From Akkermansia muciniphila (GTDB lineage Bacteria; Verrucomicrobiota; Verrucomicrobiia; Verrucomicrobiales; V1-33): a stretch of 64,000 nucleotides of DNA. Numbering within the stretch: the first letter of the stretch is position 1; each line of letters starts with the position of its first letter. A model generated the notes under the pieces. The model worked only from the letters and a program-made list of their open reading frames with translations. It did not search any database and was not told where the DNA came from. The position numbers and the translations under genes are program-made. The stretch is taken from contig CAMAUV010000012.1 of the NCBI GenBank assembly GCA_945861415.1, positions 7,609-71,608 on the forward strand. Reading direction: 5' to 3'. Shown piece by piece: positions 26,670-36,400 of this stretch.

Positions 26670-28247
26670 ATGGACGCAAACCGTACTTTCCCTCTCAAGT
26701 TTCTGCTCAATCTCTCTCGCCGTCAGGACAGGCGCGACCGGTGTGTGGAGCTGTTTGCCAGCCTTGGCTGGCAGGTTGAGCGGCTACCGGCGGTAGATGC
26801 GCGGGTAGTGAAATCGGCGCGCGGATTCCAATCTCCGGGCCGGTATGCGCACGCGCTTAGCACACGCTTGATCCTGCGGCGCGCGGCGCTCGCGGGCGCA
26901 GAGGCCGTGCTCATCATGGAGGACGACATCGTGGTGCCGCCGGATCTCAATGAGCGGCTAGCTGCGCTGGAACTGCCGGAGGACTGGGCTATTCTTTACC
27001 TTGGCTGCCAGCATCACGAGCGGCCGGACGTTGTCGCGCAAGGTCTCGTGCGCGTGCGGGCAGCACTGGATACTCATGCTTGGGCGGTGCGGGCACCTTA
27101 TTACCTCGAAGTGCGCCGCGCGCTGGCGGGCCGTTGCTGGAATGAGCCGGGGCCTCTACCCGCAGCGGACATCCTTCTGACAGAACTCGCACGGCGTGTG
27201 CCGGCGTATGCCGCTTACCCTAACCTCGCATGGCAGCAGGAGGACGTCAGTGATTTGTTGGGAGGGTTCGCGGGGAATTACGATGCCGATGGCTCTGCCC
27301 GGCCCGGCATTCAGGTGCTGCCCGGCCTCTTGGCCGAGTCACTGGGAGGGTCCGCATGGCCGCAGGCGGTGGCGGAAGCGAAAGTGCCCCACGCGTGGTT
27401 TTGGCCGCCCCAGCTCCTCCCGCCGCAGATGCCGCATCTGGAACCGGCGCCACCTCCGGAGCCTCTGGGTGACGGCGACCGCATTGCTTTTCTATTTCTC
27501 ACGCGGGGGGACCATTCTCACGCGGAGTTGTGGGAAGAATACTGGGCCGCTCACCCTGACAGGGTTAGCGTCTATGCCCATAGCAAAGACCGCACGGATT
27601 TACACGGCTGGCTGGCCGCCGCTCAGATCTCGGAATATCTGCCCACCAGCTGGGGCGGGCTATCTCTTGTGCGGGCGCAGATGGCGCTGCTGGCCGCCGC
27701 TCTGCAGGATGAGCGAAACAGATTTTTCGTTTTTGCCTCGGAAAGCTGTTTACCCATCCGCCCTCTGGCGGATTTGGTGAGGTTGCTGTCCTGTGACGGC
27801 AGGAGCCGCCTTGCTTTCGCTACCCCCAGGCAGGTTGAAAAATACCATCCAGGCAAGCTGAGTCACCTGCCAGCGGGCAGCCCCATCCCGCAGGGACAGT
27901 TTCAATTTCACAGCCAGTGGATACTGTTGCAACGCGAAGCCGCCGAACTGCTGGTGGCGAATACTGCGCTCCTGTCCTGCTTTGAGGACGGTATCGCCCC
28001 GGACGAATTCGCCTTCGGCACGCTGCTGCAAGCCGCAGGTTATCCGTTCGAAACGCGGGTAGCCAACGCGGACATCACATGGACGATGTGGTTGTCGAAC
28101 GCCGACAAACACCCGCTCACTTTCCACGGCATCAGTCCCGCTCTGGCTGGCGATCTCATGGCCAGCGGTTGTTTCTTCGCGCGCAAGTTTCATCCCGGTG
28201 CCGTGCTTCCCGATGCGCTCAGTGACTTGGTTTTAGGCCGCCGATGA
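26670..28247 (+). CDS. two-module glycosyltransferase: GT25-like N-terminal half fused to GT14 ('core-2/I-branching')-like C-terminal half
   Basis: N-terminal half: 'FLLNLSRRQDRRDRCVELFASLGWQVERLPAVDA' and 'VLIMEDDIV'. C-terminal half: 'RIAFLFLTRGDHSHAELWEEYWAAHPDRVSVYAHSK', 'FVFASESCLPIRP' and 'SQWILLQRE'. The ATG at 26670 lies 1 nt after the upstream TGA (26666-26668). Confidence 0.65.
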   Translation: MDANRTFPLKFLLNLSRRQDRRDRCVELFASLGWQVERLPAVDARVVKSARGFQSPGRYAHALSTRLILRRAALAGAEAVLIMEDDIVVPPDLNERLAALELPEDWAILYLGCQHHERPDVVAQGLVRVRAALDTHAWAVRAPYYLEVRRALAGRCWNEPGPLPAADILLTELARRVPAYAAYPNLAWQQEDVSDLLGGFAGNYDADGSARPGIQVLPGLLAESLGGSAWPQAVAEAKVPHAWFWPPQLLPPQMPHLEPAPPPEPLGDGDRIAFLFLTRGDHSHAELWEEYWAAHPDRVSVYAHSKDRTDLHGWLAAAQISEYLPTSWGGLSLVRAQMALLAAALQDERNRFFVFASESCLPIRPLADLVRLLSCDGRSRLAFATPRQVEKYHPGKLSHLPAGSPIPQGQFQFHSQWILLQREAAELLVANTALLSCFEDGIAPDEFAFGTLLQAAGYPFETRVANADITWTMWLSNADKHPLTFHGISPALAGDLMASGCFFARKFHPGAVLPDALSDLVLGRR

Positions 28248-28276
28248 TGTTGCCCATGACGGTATAGTCCGTCCCG

Positions 28277-28528
28277 GTGGTGTCGCGGCTGGATATCGGC
28301 AGAGCAGCAGCGTCCAGCCAAGGCCCAAGGAGCATCATCATCCTCAGCGATGGCGCTCCCATCGTCCGGCAGAACAGCCGCAGTCCGACCCATGAGGAGT
28401 TGCTGAAACGCCTCCGCACGCTGCTGCCGGAAGATGGCACGCGCCCTCAGTCTCCTGCAGTCCTCTCCGGATCACAGGAAAACTCTTTTCTGCAAAAACT
28501 CGCCGGGGAGTTCGGTAACGCTAGGTAA
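28277..28528 (+). CDS. small hypothetical protein (uncertain)
   Basis: 83-codon ORF with a GTG start. About 75% of third codon positions are G/C by hand count, which is coding-like. No family recognised. Confidence 0.25.
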   Translation: MVSRLDIGRAAASSQGPRSIIILSDGAPIVRQNSRSPTHEELLKRLRTLLPEDGTRPQSPAVLSGSQENSFLQKLAGEFGNAR

Positions 28529-28580
28529 CCGGCGGCCAGACCGGGCTTGCCCTGCCCGGCAGCACCGCTATATCCGCTGG

Positions 28581-28775
28581 ATGGTATCAGTGATCTGCCC
28601 CACCTGTTTTGAGGAATTCGAAGTTTCCCCGCCGGCACTTAGCGAACTTCCGGCGGAGTGGGACTACGACTGCGAGGTTTGCTGCCGTCCCATGGTAATC
28701 GCTTTCGATTTCGACGGCGATGAAGAAGAAGAGGACGGGGGAATTTTCGCAGAAGCCCGTGGTCTTGGCGCTTAG
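28581..28775 (+). CDS. CPXCG-motif cysteine-rich (zinc-ribbon-like) small protein
   Basis: From the ATG at 28581: 'MVSVICPTCFEEFEV...DYDCEVCCRPMVIAFDFDGDEEEEDGG'. Two Cys pairs and an acidic tail; 64 aa. Confidence 0.65.
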   Translation: MVSVICPTCFEEFEVSPPALSELPAEWDYDCEVCCRPMVIAFDFDGDEEEEDGGIFAEARGLGA

Positions 28776-28957
28776 CCGGGAAAAAGTGGGCCTTTTGCCC
28801 CTCTTATTTTCATAATTTGGCGGTCGAGACCCCTTGGAAATTGAAAAAACAAAAGATTTTTCTGGACGAAGTCGGTATTTGCAATGTAAAACATGTATTG
28901 CCATCGTAATTACATAAACACCCCTACCTAATCATTCCCAGCCCACTTGCGACAGCC

Positions 28958-31900
28958 ATGAAAAAGCCTAAATTTCTCCGCTTACGCCTGCTTGTTGGAC
29001 TCAGCCCGGGAGGCAATAGCCACCGCCGGGGCGTAGCCATCATCACCGTCCTCGCCATCATCTCACTGATGGCAGTGCTCGTCGTTTCTTTTTTCAATAT
29101 GGCGCAGTCCACCAAGATCTCCGCCATCGGTTCCGTGGAAATGCAGCGCGTGACGACCCTCAAGGACACCGTGACCAACCTCGTCATGGCCCAAATCCGT
29201 CAGGCCACCACCCTGCAGGGCACAGACAGCCAGCAGGTATTGTGGACCTCCCAGCCGGGTGCCATCCGGACTTACCACGGCTCCAACACTTCGCTCACCC
29301 GGATGTACAAGCTCTATTCGGCTGAGACCATGATGCTGGACAGCATCGGGCACGGCGGCGATAAGAGCACCACGCTGCTCAATGAGATTCAGAAGGATGT
29401 GGATGTGAAGTGGGATGAATATTTGGACATGTATGTGGACCTCAACCGGCCTTCCCTGCCCTCCAGTGCGGTCGCCATCGAGACCAATGCCACAGAACTA
29501 AAGGCCCGTCTGGTTTACCCTATCGCCGATCCGCGCCGCTATATCGGTCAAAAGAGCGCCGTAGCCTCCAACACAGAAGGCTTTGTCTACGGTGAGCGCG
29601 GTTTGGATATGCCGCAGGTCAATGGGGTGGACGCCACGAATATGCAGCTGGCCATGCCGGTGCGCTGGATTTACCTGCTCGAGGACGGCACCTCCGGAGT
29701 GGTGGACAAAGAGGGCAAGTTCCGCGCCATTTCCAAAGACGGCGGCAGCCCCAGCAAAGAAAATCCAATCGTGAGCCGCATCGCATGGTGGACGGACGAT
29801 GAGTCCTGCAAAATCAACATCAACGTGGCCTCATTGCCCATTCCTTGGGATACGCCACGCACCAACTCCGCCGAGGACCTCTGGTATGCCCAGCACCAGC
29901 CAGTCAATGGAGAGTGCCAGCACTACCCCGGCCACCCCGCCCAGACGGACCTCTGTGCCGTGCTTTTCCCCAGCTTCCGCTACACCCCGGATACCAATAT
30001 CTTCCCGGTAGGCGGGGACAAGAACCCCCTGCCGCCGGAGTGGGCACGTCTCGTTTGGAACATTGCGCCCTACATCACCGCCGAAGGCGGCTCGGAGGGC
30101 GGTACAAAACAGGTAAATATTCTCAGCATGCGGCCAGTAGACCTAGATATAAACGACCGCCTCTACACAACGGCCGATGAAGTCTACTTCAAAGCCAAGA
30201 AGCTGGACGAGAATATCGACCGCCCCCGGGAGAGCGTTTCCGACAGGGACCAAGGAGGCAGACTCCTTGATCGACTCCAGGGCGCCGGATTCTTCCTCAC
30301 CACCCGCAGCAGCAGCCCGGAGGCTACCGTATTCGGCACTCCGAGGATTTGTATGTATCCCATGAACGAAAGGGTGAAGGATGAAGTGGGTAAAGCCAAC
30401 GGTCAAGTGGATCCCACCGTCGGCAGCTTTGAAGTCACCATGGCCACCGCCAGCACCCTTGGAATGAAACCGGGCGTCGCCGGTTCCGGGAAACCATACT
30501 ACTTCATGCGCCGGAGCGGGGACGCGGGAAGCCGCCACAGTAACTTTTTCAAAAACGTAACGCGGGATGCTCAACTTTTCCGCTACCTGAAACAACTCAC
30601 CAACTCTATTCCGCCGGGATATCCTGAACTCAGTGCCGATTTCAACACCTTTGAGCTGAAGTATCCCGGCCCTAACGGAAAGGATGGAGACAAGCCGAAT
30701 GACAAGGGTGACCCGGACAGCTTCGACTCCTCGGACCGCTCCCAGATCCTATTGTCCATGCTGGACTATCTGCGTTCCAGCAACATGGCGCCCGGATACC
30801 TCCAAAACCCAAACATTTACGATACCAGTGGTGGTGGACAAGTTGCCGGTATTTGCGGGTGCATGAGGATCAAAAGTCCCGGCGACAATAACTCAGACCA
30901 TGCTACTATTCTAAACATCAATCCTGCTCTGCATACCTATTATTCGCCCAAGGGTGCCGGCCGGACATATGGACCCTCTGAATTCGCCTTCTTTGCAAAT
31001 GTGACAGCTATCAAAAAAGGATCCAAGCAGGAGGGTCAACTCATGGCATGGGGCTTGCCGCCGGATGACTCTGCGGCAAAGTGGGGTGCAGCAAAACAAG
31101 GGGTCTCTCAAATTCAGGTTGGGGTCGTCATGAACGCATTTTGTGCGCGCCAAGGCTGGGCTCCATTATTTCCAAGCTCGGGTATAAAACTCATGAATGT
31201 CCTAAATCAAGGTGCAAACAACGCGGAAAGCCCGCCTACTGGCATGGCGCCATTCTTATTTTCTGGGGGTTTTGATGGAAGGGATCGTCAGATATTTTTA
31301 GGCCTCGATAGTCAGAGCTACACAGAATCGCGAATTCCAGCGCACATACCATGGGGGGGTAATGCTGGCCCACGAGTATCTGGCTTCACCGCCACTACCG
31401 TAGCATCATTTGCACCAATAATCTACGATGGACCGGGAGCCGGAGAAACCAGCGGGGTAACTATCGCGCTGAAATGGAAGCTGGGGGAAGTGTTGCGCAT
31501 CGCGGTTTATGATGAAGGCGGAGCCAACGTCAGCAATATCACTCAGATTATAGATCTGGCCGATGACGGGGACATCAAACTTAGCGCGAATTATACAGGG
31601 AAAAATTTTGCTCTCTACAATGCAAGTCCGGAGGTGAATGGCCTCGGGCCCCTCAATCAAAATGCTCCCCAATTCCCGCCCAATAAGACCACATTTAGTT
31701 CATTTGTGGTTCCCCATGGCGATTATCGTCTTACCACTATACCACTGCGCGTGGAACGTGGCATATTTGTTCCCCACGCTTCCGGGGAAAACAGCTTCAC
31801 AGAGCCTTTAGTTGTCGGTGGTTCTGATGCAATAATGGTTAAATTGCCGACGGCCAAAATGTCGCAAATACCGTTGCTTACTTCAACGGGTCCCCCCATC

Positions 31901-33292
31901 CCGGAGAAATACGCTCCGCATTTTGCTCCCTCGAAATTACCTAGTATTGACCTAGGCGCGAAGCCAAACCAAAATGTTATCAATGTGGCCAGCCGCGATC
32001 CTAATCGCGCCCAGCTCTTCTCCCATGGCCGCCGGGATGGCGTCTACCAGTTTACTGACACGCTGGCCTCGCAAGGGGCCCCGCGCTACGCCCGTGACTG
32101 GGCCAAGCCTAATAAGATCCCAAATCGCGGTTCCTCCGATCCGATCGAAACCGGTGACTTTGATAACGGTATCGCTCTGGCTCCCGACGGCCCTTATATC
32201 AACTCTGCCGACGACGGAGATGCCCGGGATGCAACCAGACCTTACTTTGCGAGGCTCACAGATCAGGCTGTAGGTAATCCCGCCAGCTTCACTCCCAACC
32301 GGGTGATGCGCTCACCCGTAGAATTCGGTTCTCTCCCTTCCGGAATACAAGCCCGTGTGCCGTGGCAAACGCTGCGCTTTCGCCCGGACCCGGGGATGTA
32401 CGGGGATAATCAATACAAAAACGTGGCCCACCAGCCGAAGCAGATCGACGGCTATAACCATTATTTCCCGTTCTCCAATTACTGCGGGCCCAAGGACCAC
32501 CTGCTGCTCGACATGTTCTGGATGCCCATCGTGGAACCCTGGGCCATCAGTGAAGGGTTTGCCACCAAGGGGCTCATCAACCTCAACCAGCAAATCCTGC
32601 CCTTCACTTACATTCAGCGCACCACAGCCCTTCATGCACTGCTCCGCAGCGAGCGCATGATGGCCATACCTGACAGCGCCGCCACAGACTACAAAGACGG
32701 AGCCAAGCTGCCGGACGGCAAAGTCTACCGTCACTGGATCAACGCTAAAGAAACCATCCGCCAAATCACCGACTTCCGTTGGAGGGGCCGGGATGCCGAG
32801 GGCCATTCTCTCCCGTTTAACACCTTCCGCAGTGCCAGCGAGGTCTGCGAACTCTGGCTTGTCCCGGACAAGAACGGCAATGAGAGCGGCGACTGGGACC
32901 TTGATTACACTATCAAGAAATTCTGGCAGGACCACCGTCTGACGGGAGACAACATGCGTGAGCGCCCCTACTCAAACCTTTACCCGCGCGTCACTGTCCG
33001 CTCCAACGTTTACAAGATTCACATGGTTGCGCAGACTCTCAAGAAAGCGGATTCCAATATCCCTGGCACCTTCTCCTCTATCCCGAAAGAAGGTGCGGAC
33101 CCTGACCAGATCACTGCAGAATGGCGTGGATCCGCCATCGTGGAGCGCGGCATCGATCCCAATGAGCCCGGCCTTCAAAAGGACAATATGGACTACCTGA
33201 CCCAGTTCTCCTCTGCGAAGCCTACGGCACTTCCCCGTCTGGACAGCTTCTACACCTACCGCGTGACCGAGGTCAAATCCTTCAACGAATAG
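28958..33292 (+). CDS. giant GspK-like pseudopilin-type protein ('Verru_Chthon cassette protein A'-like)
   Basis: 1,444-aa ORF. The N-terminus 'HRRGVAIITVLAIISLMAVLVVSFF' resembles the GspK/minor-pseudopilin leader (basic residues, Gly, hydrophobic helix without Glu+5). Size and taxon fit my recollection of the TIGRFAM family Verru_Chthon cassette protein A. An AT-rich promoter-like spacer lies upstream (28776-28957). Confidence 0.75.
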   Translation: MKKPKFLRLRLLVGLSPGGNSHRRGVAIITVLAIISLMAVLVVSFFNMAQSTKISAIGSVEMQRVTTLKDTVTNLVMAQIRQATTLQGTDSQQVLWTSQPGAIRTYHGSNTSLTRMYKLYSAETMMLDSIGHGGDKSTTLLNEIQKDVDVKWDEYLDMYVDLNRPSLPSSAVAIETNATELKARLVYPIADPRRYIGQKSAVASNTEGFVYGERGLDMPQVNGVDATNMQLAMPVRWIYLLEDGTSGVVDKEGKFRAISKDGGSPSKENPIVSRIAWWTDDESCKININVASLPIPWDTPRTNSAEDLWYAQHQPVNGECQHYPGHPAQTDLCAVLFPSFRYTPDTNIFPVGGDKNPLPPEWARLVWNIAPYITAEGGSEGGTKQVNILSMRPVDLDINDRLYTTADEVYFKAKKLDENIDRPRESVSDRDQGGRLLDRLQGAGFFLTTRSSSPEATVFGTPRICMYPMNERVKDEVGKANGQVDPTVGSFEVTMATASTLGMKPGVAGSGKPYYFMRRSGDAGSRHSNFFKNVTRDAQLFRYLKQLTNSIPPGYPELSADFNTFELKYPGPNGKDGDKPNDKGDPDSFDSSDRSQILLSMLDYLRSSNMAPGYLQNPNIYDTSGGGQVAGICGCMRIKSPGDNNSDHATILNINPALHTYYSPKGAGRTYGPSEFAFFANVTAIKKGSKQEGQLMAWGLPPDDSAAKWGAAKQGVSQIQVGVVMNAFCARQGWAPLFPSSGIKLMNVLNQGANNAESPPTGMAPFLFSGGFDGRDRQIFLGLDSQSYTESRIPAHIPWGGNAGPRVSGFTATTVASFAPIIYDGPGAGETSGVTIALKWKLGEVLRIAVYDEGGANVSNITQIIDLADDGDIKLSANYTGKNFALYNASPEVNGLGPLNQNAPQFPPNKTTFSSFVVPHGDYRLTTIPLRVERGIFVPHASGENSFTEPLVVGGSDAIMVKLPTAKMSQIPLLTSTGPPIPEKYAPHFAPSKLPSIDLGAKPNQNVINVASRDPNRAQLFSHGRRDGVYQFTDTLASQGAPRYARDWAKPNKIPNRGSSDPIETGDFDNGIALAPDGPYINSADDGDARDATRPYFARLTDQAVGNPASFTPNRVMRSPVEFGSLPSGIQARVPWQTLRFRPDPGMYGDNQYKNVAHQPKQIDGYNHYFPFSNYCGPKDHLLLDMFWMPIVEPWAISEGFATKGLINLNQQILPFTYIQRTTALHALLRSERMMAIPDSAATDYKDGAKLPDGKVYRHWINAKETIRQITDFRWRGRDAEGHSLPFNTFRSASEVCELWLVPDKNGNESGDWDLDYTIKKFWQDHRLTGDNMRERPYSNLYPRVTVRSNVYKIHMVAQTLKKADSNIPGTFSSIPKEGADPDQITAEWRGSAIVERGIDPNEPGLQKDNMDYLTQFSSAKPTALPRLDSFYTYRVTEVKSFNE

Positions 33293-33341
33293 CCCCGCCC
33301 CCATAAAAAACGAGGGCTTCTCCCCTGTGAAGCCCACCACC

Positions 33342-33381
33342 AGAGGCGGCAGTCACTCGTGTCTGCCGCCTCTCTTGTTTT
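33342..33381 (+). terminator. intrinsic terminator-like hairpin after the giant pseudopilin-like gene
   Basis: Perfect 11-bp stem AGAGGCGGCAG / CTGCCGCCTCT (33342-33352 / 33363-33373) with a 10-nt loop, followed by CTTGTTTT. A second 7-bp hairpin GGGCTTC..GAAGCCC sits at 33313-33334. The site lies between convergent genes. Confidence 0.55.
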
Positions 33382-33457
33382 CCCCAGAGCTTAGCGGCTC
33401 CGTCCAAGCTCGAAAGGGTCAGGCAGCCCGTGCGGCCCGGGTCCTTTGATTTCGTCA

Positions 33458-36400
33458 TCATTTCCCCGGGGGAGCGCTGCCGTCCATCCACTCCATACCC
33501 CGCTCAGCGGCGGCCTCCAGCTCCTCCTTTTCCCACTGGGCGCGCTTTTCTTTTGTGAACAAGAGGCGGCGGATGTCCTCCAGAATGGCATAGTTGCAGG
33601 GCACTAGGATGAGGGTGTTGAGCAGGTTACTCAAGCAGCCGAAGGCAAGGCTGATGGCGCAGGGGATGAGAAATTTTGCCTGACTACTCGTTTCTGTAAC
33701 AATCGGAAGTACGCCGATAAAGCTGGTGACGCTGGTGAGCATGATGGCCTGGAAGCGTGCGGCGCCGGCTTCCTTTGCGGCCTCGAGGGGACTGCGGCCG
33801 GCGCGGCGATTCCGGTTCACATACTCCACCATGACGAGGCTCTCGTTAACAACGACGCCACTCAACGCCACGATGCCGATCATGCTCATGATGCTCAGTT
33901 CAAATCCCATAACCGCATGGCCGATCACGGCACCCACGATGCCAAAGGGAATGATGCTCATCACGATGCCGGGCTGGATGTAACTGCGCAGCGGAATGGC
34001 CAGCAGCACGTAGATGCCGAGCAGCGCGATGAAAAAGCCTTTCACGATTTCGCCCATGTTCTCCCGCTGGTCCTTCTGCTCGCCTTCAAACGACCACTGC
34101 ACGTCCGGGAACTCCGCCTCCATATCCGTGAGTGCGCCCGCCGCCGCCTCTTCGGGATATAGTCCCATCTTATCCAGCAGACGGCTTAACCAGTTGGCGG
34201 GCGGTTCCCACCGGGCACGGGTCAGTGCCTCCGCAATAGTATTCCCACTGGCTCCCGGCACAGCTTTGTCCGCATCGGCACTCACTTTCACGGCGCGCTC
34301 GCGGTCGCGGCGTAGGATGAAACTGTAGCCGCGGCCCTCCGAAGGCGTTGCCACTTCGCCGAACGGCACCTCCGCACCGGTGCGCGTCCGGATATTCATG
34401 CCGGTCATATTATTGAGGCTGCGACGCTCGTCATCCGGATAGCGCAGCATGACTTTCACTTCATCCCGGCCGCGCTGGAGCCGCTGGACCTCCTCACCAT
34501 AGAAAGCCTGGCGCACCTGACCAGCGAGGTCGGCATGCGTGAGGCCGAGCGCCTGCCCCTGCGGCAGAATGTCTAGCTTGCTCTCCCGTTTCCCTTCACG
34601 GAAGCTGTCTGTGATATCGGCAGTGCCCTCTATTCGGCTAAGCCCATCCTTGAGAAATTCCGCCGCTTTTTTCAGCCGCCCGATGTCCCCGCCACGAAGG
34701 AAGAGGTCGATAGCGTTGCCGCTGTTTGAGGTGTTGGAGAGGTAGCCGAGCTCAACCGCGCCGGGGATGGGTCCGGTGAGTTCCCGCCAGCGGGCGATGA
34801 TTTCGTCCGCGGGCGTGCTGCGGTCCATGGCGGCCACCAGTTCCAGCGTGACTTCCCCAATGTTCGACGCATCGCTCGCGCCGATGGGATTGAATCCCAC
34901 TTTGAATGGCTGCGCGCCGACGGTGCTGAGCATATGCTTGATGACCGGCTGGCCATCATTACCCTTATACTGTTCGTTCAGTTTTCGCGCCGCCTCCTCA
35001 ATTCGGGCCACCGCCACCTGAGTCATCTCCACCGGCACGCCCGGCGGCAGGGTGATTTTGGAGGATATGACCTCTGCTTCCACCTGCGGGAAGAAGCGGA
35101 AAGGAATCCAGTTTCCCATTACGGCCCCCATCACGCCGAGAAATGCCGCCATGAATGCCGCGAGAGTCGCATACCGCCAGCGCAGACAGAAGCCTAGAAA
35201 CGGACGATAGCTCCGCCGAATGAAGCGATCCACCAGTGCACTCATGGCGCGTTGGATGCGTACGATGAAACGTACGAATAAATTCATCTGCTCCAGCGGC
35301 TTCTCCGGTCCCAGATGACTGAGGTGCGCGGGAAGGATAAGGTTGGTTTCAATGAGCGAGACCAGCAGTGTAGGAATAACCACCCACGGAATCTGACGCC
35401 AGATTTTGCCTCCCACCCCGCTCACTCCCAGCATGGGCATGAAGGCCACCACGACCGTGAAGACTCCAAAAATGGCCACTACCATCACCTCATAGGTGCC
35501 CCGCGGTGCCGCCGTGCGAGCAGGCTCACCGCGCGCCATCCGCGCATGCACATTCTCGCCCACCACAATGGCGTCATCCGTCACGATCCCCAGCACCACG
35601 ATGAACGCGAAGAGGGAAATCATGTTCACTGTGACGTCCACCATAGGCAGAAAGATCAGCCCGCCAGCGAAAGCGATGGGGATGCCCAGCGCCACATGGA
35701 ATGCCAACGCCGGACGCAGAAACAGCGACAGCATGATATACACGAGGATAAATCCCTGCCACGCGTTTTCGAGCATCAGATCCACCCGGCCCTTCAATAG
35801 GAGGCTTAAGTCATTCCAAACCTCCAGTCTGATACCTTCCGGAAGCAGTTTTGGGGCATCCTTGATCCATGCCTTTACCGCCGCGGCCACTTCCAGCGTG
35901 TCCTCGTCCCCGGTACGGAAGACATTAACCACCATCGCAGGCCTGCCGTCGAACCTTGTGAACAAATCCACATCTTCAAATCCATCTATCACCTTCCCGA
36001 TGTCCTTCACCAGCAACCGCGTGCCGTCCGGACGGGTGAAGACCGGAATCTCTTCGAACTCCGGGGCAGTGTATTTCCGGGCCTGGGTGCGGATGAGGAT
36101 CTCGCCCTCGCTCGACTTGATGGAACCGCCGGGCAAATCTAGCGAGGACGCCCGGACCGCCGCCGCTACCTGATCAAAGGTAATACCGTAACGCCGCAAG
36201 GTGTCCTCGCTCACTTCGATCGCGATCTCATGGCGCTTGGCCCCAGCGAGATCCACTTGCGTGACGCCCGGCTGCGACTGGAGAGCCTCCCGCACCTGCT
36301 CGGCCACGGCCCGCAGATTCTTTTCGTCCGTCTCCGCACTGATGGCCACACTCATGGTCTGGAGGCGGATGGGTATCTCCTCGATCACAGATTTCTCCGC

